DNA from: an uncultured Planctomycetota bacterium
GTDB taxonomy: Bacteria; Planctomycetota; Brocadiia; JAADGH01; CAYPFP01
Assembly: GCA_964409935.1 (NCBI GenBank)
Contig: CAYPFP010000005.1
Coordinates: forward strand, 25,640-89,639
DNA: 64,000 bases
Reading direction: 5' to 3'
Part shown: positions 59,435 to 64,000 of the stretch, in pieces
Position numbering within the stretch: position 1 is the first letter of the stretch
Layout of the letters: the number at the start of each line of letters is the position of its first letter
The notes under the pieces: generated by a model
What the model saw: the letters and a program-made list of their open reading frames with translations, nothing else
Told to the model about the DNA's origin: nothing
Databases searched by the model: none
Position numbers and translations under genes: made by a program

Positions 59435-61075
59435 ATGAGCGATGTATCGGAGATACTCAAACAACTCGCCGATGAGCGAGAGGCTTACACGGCTCGCATT
59501 GACGCCATTGAGTCGCTGCGTTCCCTCCCCAAGACCGAGCGTCCACCAGAACTCCTTGATGCCCTCCTCAGAGCCTTGACATTTACCGACCCCCACGTCC
59601 GCCGCAAGGTTGCCGAAGTTCTCCCCGACTTCGCCGCAACCCCCGAAGAGCATGCCCGGATTTTCACGGCCTTACAAGCGGCGCTGAGCGATCCGGACCA
59701 AGGCGTCCGACGCAACATCGTTCGCTCCCTAAGCCACTGCAAGGACACACGAGTACCCGAAGTCCTTCGGGCACTGCTTCCCGATCCCAGTCCTATCGTC
59801 CGCCGAGCCGTGCAGGAGGCCCTTGGCACTCTTCCAGAGCCTCCCCCCGTGGTGCGCCAAGAGCCCGCAACAGCCCCCGTCGCGCCGATCGCCCGCCCCG
59901 TTCGCGCGCCGGCACCACCAAACGTCAGCCACGTCAAACCACCGGCCCTAACACCGAAACCGCAAGCTCAAGCCCTTCCCCCACAACCGGTTCGGACATC
60001 GTCTCAAACCGCCCCAGAACCGCTTTCGGAGCAGCCATGCAAACCTGCCGACACCCGACCGGCATCAGCGCCTCCTGCTTCGCCTACTCTTGCCACCCAA
60101 TCGCCACCCCAGTCGCCGCGCTCCATAGACGCGCCGCGCCGCCCTGACGCGCCTAGACATGATCTCCTGTTCCGAGCATGGAACGCGACCTCATCATGGT
60201 CTCTGGTCCGTTGGGGCGCAGCCTGCGTGCTCTTTCTGTACGCTGTTGCCGCGGGTGTCTGGCTCGCAGCGGCGCAATCGCCACATGAAGACGGCTCCTC
60301 GACAACGCTTGCTCTGATCCCCGCCGTCCTACTCGGATGGGCGGCCATTTCCTTCGTCGGCATGGCCATCACAAGAGCCACGGCCCTTCATCTCGGCTCA
60401 GACGCAGGTACAACAGGCTTACGTCAGGACAAGCCCACAGTCACTTCGCTAATGACCTTCAGTCTGAGACGATGGACCCGCGCCTTTCTCGTACCGCTTC
60501 CGTGCGTCCTGCTTATCGCCGGAGCCGCAGCCGGCAGTATTTTTTTGGCAAAGGCAACCAACTCAGGCGAGCTCGGCGCGGTTCTTGGCGGAATTCTGTA
60601 TCCGGTTCGACTCGGTCTCAGCACCGTCGCTGTCGCCGGCCTCTTTTTCCTCCTAGTCGGAGGACCGTTGTGGCTTCCGGCGGTCGCCGTCGAAGACGCA
60701 AGCCTCCCCAACGCCCACAGCAGGATGCTCCTCTTCGCCACCCGCGCGCCCTGGACTTGCCTCTCCTATGCCGTTCTCACAGCGCTCAGAACAGCTCTCG
60801 TTCCTGCTTTTGTCCTTGGACTCTTCTTTCTGGCCCATGGCGGGGGCGGGTTCGATTTTCTGAGCGTGCTTTCCCTGGAAAGCCTTCGCATTGCGTGGAG
60901 AGAACCGATGACGGCCAAGTTTGCGACTGATTTTGTCGTGGGGGTCGCACAGGCCGGCGTTCTTGTACTTGCCGGCGGCTACGCACTTACGGTGCTCTTC
61001 GCTGGGGCAACGGGCACGTTTCTCACCGTCCGCGCCAGGGTCGCGGGGATACCGCCGACGGAGCTTGCCAGCTAA
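59435..61075 (+). CDS. HEAT/PBS-lyase-like repeat protein fused to a polytopic membrane domain
   Basis: ATG at 59435 has an AAGGA RBS. Three DP..VRR HEAT-like repeats, a Pro/Ala-rich linker, and 6-7 C-terminal TM helices. Confidence 0.5.
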   Translation: MSDVSEILKQLADEREAYTARIDAIESLRSLPKTERPPELLDALLRALTFTDPHVRRKVAEVLPDFAATPEEHARIFTALQAALSDPDQGVRRNIVRSLSHCKDTRVPEVLRALLPDPSPIVRRAVQEALGTLPEPPPVVRQEPATAPVAPIARPVRAPAPPNVSHVKPPALTPKPQAQALPPQPVRTSSQTAPEPLSEQPCKPADTRPASAPPASPTLATQSPPQSPRSIDAPRRPDAPRHDLLFRAWNATSSWSLVRWGAACVLFLYAVAAGVWLAAAQSPHEDGSSTTLALIPAVLLGWAAISFVGMAITRATALHLGSDAGTTGLRQDKPTVTSLMTFSLRRWTRAFLVPLPCVLLIAGAAAGSIFLAKATNSGELGAVLGGILYPVRLGLSTVAVAGLFFLLVGGPLWLPAVAVEDASLPNAHSRMLLFATRAPWTCLSYAVLTALRTALVPAFVLGLFFLAHGGGGFDFLSVLSLESLRIAWREPMTAKFATDFVVGVAQAGVLVLAGGYALTVLFAGATGTFLTVRARVAGIPPTELAS

Positions 61076-61114
61076 CGGCGCCCGCCAGACGGATACGCGG
61101 GCCGACCGCAGCCT

Positions 61115-62104
61115 TCACTCGGCGCGCGGTTGCCTCACCATGAGATCGGCAACCGCCTGTTGCGGACTCTTGTCCTCGAACAGAACTCTGTAGACTTCCC
61201 GCGTGATGGGCATATCCACGTCATACCGGTCTGCCAATGCACACACCGACTTCGTGGTCATAACTCCTTCCGCCACCATTTCCATACCATCCAGTACGGC
61301 CTTCAGTTTTTTTCCCCTCCCCACCGCCATCCCCACCGCCCGGTTTCGCCCGTGAGGGCTGATACACGTCGTGATAAGGTCGCCAAGCCCCGCCAGCCCA
61401 GAGAATGTCCGCGCCTCCGCCCCCATCGCAACACCCAGGCGCGCAATCTCCGCCAGCCCGCGCGTAATCAGCGCGCTCTTGGCATTATCCCCGAGTCCCA
61501 GACCGTCCACGACGCCGGCGGCGATGGCCACAACATTCTTCACGGCAGCGCCCAGCTCAACGCCTATGATGTCTGCATTTGTGTATACACGAAATCGGGC
61601 CGTCGCAAAGGTATCCTGGACCAATCCCGCTAAGACCATATCGCGGGCGGCGGCGACCACGGTTGCGGGAAGGCCCCGTGCAACCTCCTCCGCATGGCTC
61701 GGACCGCTCAAGACACAGATATGCTCGGTGTGCAGACAGTCGGCGATGATCTCGCTCCCGCGCATCAGTGAGCCGTTCTCAATCCCCTTCGCCACACTCA
61801 CAACCGGCGTTGGCCTCTTGTACAAGGGAGCCAGTCGCACCATGACGGAACGCAGGTAAATCACCGGCACGGCGGCGACCCAGAGGTCCGCGCCAAACAC
61901 ACTGCCGGCAAGCTCGGAACTGATACTAACCGCCTCCGGTATAGATACACCTGGAAGGAACTTTTTGTTCTCCCGCGAATCGCGCACCAGCTTGGCGTAA
62001 TCCGGAAAGTTGCTCCACAGCGTCACCGTGAACCCCTTGTTCGCCAGCAAGATCGCCAACGCCGTACCCCACCCGCCGTCACCTATGACCGTGATCTTTT
62101 TCAT
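61115..62104 (-). CDS. gpsA: NAD(P)H-dependent glycerol-3-phosphate dehydrogenase
   Basis: MKKITVIGDGGWGTALA Rossmann start and GpsA blocks (GAVKNV, ALITRGLAE). Overlaps the upstream gene stop by 4 bp. Confidence 0.9.
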   Translation of the reverse strand: MKKITVIGDGGWGTALAILLANKGFTVTLWSNFPDYAKLVRDSRENKKFLPGVSIPEAVSISSELAGSVFGADLWVAAVPVIYLRSVMVRLAPLYKRPTPVVSVAKGIENGSLMRGSEIIADCLHTEHICVLSGPSHAEEVARGLPATVVAAARDMVLAGLVQDTFATARFRVYTNADIIGVELGAAVKNVVAIAAGVVDGLGLGDNAKSALITRGLAEIARLGVAMGAEARTFSGLAGLGDLITTCISPHGRNRAVGMAVGRGKKLKAVLDGMEMVAEGVMTTKSVCALADRYDVDMPITREVYRVLFEDKSPQQAVADLMVRQPRAE

Positions 62105-63933
62105 CGGGTGTCCTTTGCCTGCTGTTTGGAAAGCTCCTCATAGGCATACGCCAGATTATGCGCAATACGGGCATCCGAAGGCGATTCGATCCGTGCCCTT
62201 TCGAGCGCCGCCACGGCCTCCCTGAACTCACCCAAGTCAAGGTGGGCATTCCCAATATCGCTGTAAATTGCCGGCATCGTCGGGCTTACGGAAAGCACAT
62301 GCCTGAAAGCAGCGAGGGCTTGTCGTCCATGCCCTGCCGCCAGCGAGACCCGCCCCCAATCGCGAAGCAACTCATAATCATTCGGCGCCAGCGAGCAGGC
62401 TGCCTCGTATTCGCGAAGGGCAGCCCCGCGCTCGCCGAGTCTGGCCAAAACCGACCCATAGGCGGCCCGAACCAACGAGTCGGCCGGTTGAACCGTCGCG
62501 GCGTGCTTCAGCAACTCCAGGCCTCTGGCAACGTCGCCTCTATCAAGCGCTACGTGGGCAAGCCCAACCAGCGCTTTGGCGTACGTCGGGTCGCTGCCCA
62601 AAGCCTTCGCAAAGTGAAAACCTGCGCGCGCGAGAACGCCCCCCGCCGCCGGCCTGCCTCGCACTTCCGGAGGACAGGCAGCCAAACGCTTGTGATAGAA
62701 GTACCCCAAGCTGTAATTGATACGCGGCGACGCGGGGTAGGATTGCAGCGCACTGGCCCAGAGCCTGCCGTCCGACGTCCAGTCCTGCGCCCGATACGCC
62801 GTCAGAACTCCCATGAGTATCAAGACAACCGCCAATGATCCCCGCAAGAGACGCCCTGCAACTCCGCGAACAGCCCACGCTCCGTACACCCCCACGCCTG
62901 CCGCCAGAGCAGATCCGATGAACGGAATATACAGATACCGCTCGGCGATGCGAGCGGCAATGGGCACAACGTTCGACACGGGCACCAGGAACAGAAAGAA
63001 CCAGAACACGCCCAAAGCGGCGAGCGGCGCCATCCGAATCAGACACCAGCTCACCACGCCGACAATCCCAAGCACACCCGCCCCCAGAACAAACCAGACA
63101 TCCAACTCACCCGAACCGAATGTATTGTAGTCCACACAGAGTCGAGTCGGGAAAAACAGCAGCCCGACGTAATACGCAAAGCCCTTGACCATCAGCACGA
63201 CCGTAGCAAACGCTCCGCCCTCATGGAACGAAGCCGCCATTCCATGCCCTCGCCCGACCCACAGATACATACCTACAAACGCAATACCGATGACCAGATA
63301 CGGGGCGGCTTTACTTATGGGCTGACGCAAGGCAGCCAGAGACCAAATGCTCCCTGCGCGCCCCCCCGGATCGCGGCCCATCATCACGAGTTCATACGCA
63401 AAAACGGCCCCCACCATCATCACCGCCGCCTCTTTCGTCAGAACCGCCGTCGCGAACAGAAGCCACGAACCACTGAAGGCCCAGCCGGTTCTCCTCTTTC
63501 TTGCAGCTACATACCACAGGAAACTACCCAGTATGAACGACGCCGCCAAGACGTCCTTGCGACCGGACATCCACGCAACCGCCTCACTCTGAACCGGGTG
63601 TAATGTAAAAAGCAACGCCGCAAAGGCAGCCGCCCACCGACATCCTACGATAACCAGAACAAGGCAATACACCAAGACGCTATTAAGCAGGTGTAACGCG
63701 AGATTCGAGAGCCGGAAGCCTATCGGATTGAGACCCCATAGACCGTAGTCAACGGCATACGACAAGGCGCGGAAGGGGCGATATGTGTCATTTATGGGGT
63801 GGGTAACAATGCGGAAGATGTTCTCAGGAGCGAGGGACCGAATAGAATAGTTTTTTTCCACGAGGAAATGATCGTCATAGACAAATCCCCCGCGCAACGA
63901 CGGCAGGTATGCGGCTGTCCCCATCCCCACCAC
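62101..63933 (-). CDS. TMTC/GT39-like polytopic membrane protein with C-terminal TPR repeats
   Basis: N-terminal YLPSLRGGFVYDD motif and 10+ TM helices, with C-terminal TPR repeats. The N-terminus may extend slightly upstream. Confidence 0.55.
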   Translation of the reverse strand: MVGMGTAAYLPSLRGGFVYDDHFLVEKNYSIRSLAPENIFRIVTHPINDTYRPFRALSYAVDYGLWGLNPIGFRLSNLALHLLNSVLVYCLVLVIVGCRWAAAFAALLFTLHPVQSEAVAWMSGRKDVLAASFILGSFLWYVAARKRRTGWAFSGSWLLFATAVLTKEAAVMMVGAVFAYELVMMGRDPGGRAGSIWSLAALRQPISKAAPYLVIGIAFVGMYLWVGRGHGMAASFHEGGAFATVVLMVKGFAYYVGLLFFPTRLCVDYNTFGSGELDVWFVLGAGVLGIVGVVSWCLIRMAPLAALGVFWFFLFLVPVSNVVPIAARIAERYLYIPFIGSALAAGVGVYGAWAVRGVAGRLLRGSLAVVLILMGVLTAYRAQDWTSDGRLWASALQSYPASPRINYSLGYFYHKRLAACPPEVRGRPAAGGVLARAGFHFAKALGSDPTYAKALVGLAHVALDRGDVARGLELLKHAATVQPADSLVRAAYGSVLARLGERGAALREYEAACSLAPNDYELLRDWGRVSLAAGHGRQALAAFRHVLSVSPTMPAIYSDIGNAHLDLGEFREAVAALERARIESPSDARIAHNLAYAYEELSKQQAKDTR

Positions 63934-64000
63934 AAGCAGGACAACGAGGATATCGCGCCGCCCTCGGCGGCGACGCCGACGGCCTTCCCCGGATTGTCCG

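Noticed and set aside
1-64000. CRISPR arrays, IS elements, integrase/phage genes
   Set aside because: No regularly spaced direct repeats seen. No transposase, integrase or recombinase motifs among the ORFs.

Overview
This is a high-GC (about 60-65%), very gene-dense bacterial chromosomal segment with about 40 CDS, gaps mostly under 150 bp and several 4-8 bp start/stop overlaps. The gene content suggests a Gram-negative, probably PVC-like (Planctomycetota/Verrucomicrobiota-type) glycan degrader: lolCDE lies next to many giant secreted beta-helix, FG-GAP, LamG-like and heparinase-like proteins. Housekeeping islands (dxr-rseP, lolD-lolC/E, trpF, purH, gpsA, wecB-like) alternate with accessory carbohydrate-active clusters. 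I found no tRNA, rRNA, CRISPR array, transposase, integrase or phage genes. Many long opposite-strand ORFs in the track are GC-driven shadows of the real genes. The main things worth a second look are: (1) an unusual 760-bp low-GC noncoding island next to an orphan XRE-type regulator; (2) a disrupted glycoside-hydrolase-like gene with an in-frame TGA plus a frameshift, at the head of a long minus-strand operon that includes a FAD oxidoreductase, esterase, MBL hydrolase and a 1241-aa internally repetitive membrane-anchored protein; (3) a G10 homopolymer inside a secreted FecR-domain gene; (4) an M14 peptidase / FrhB-like Fe-S flavoprotein / 1355-aa FG-GAP giant trio; (5) an operon of a xylose-isomerase-like TIM barrel, an atypical ThDP enzyme, a heparinase II/III-like protein with an embedded Cys4 ribbon, and a CxxC permease; (6) an orphan ThiS/MoaD-like GG-terminated protein beside lolCDE; (7) a remnant ABC-2 permease tail marking a local rearrangement. 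I cannot point to a clearly novel defense or mobile system. All functional calls are motif and architecture based, without database searches.
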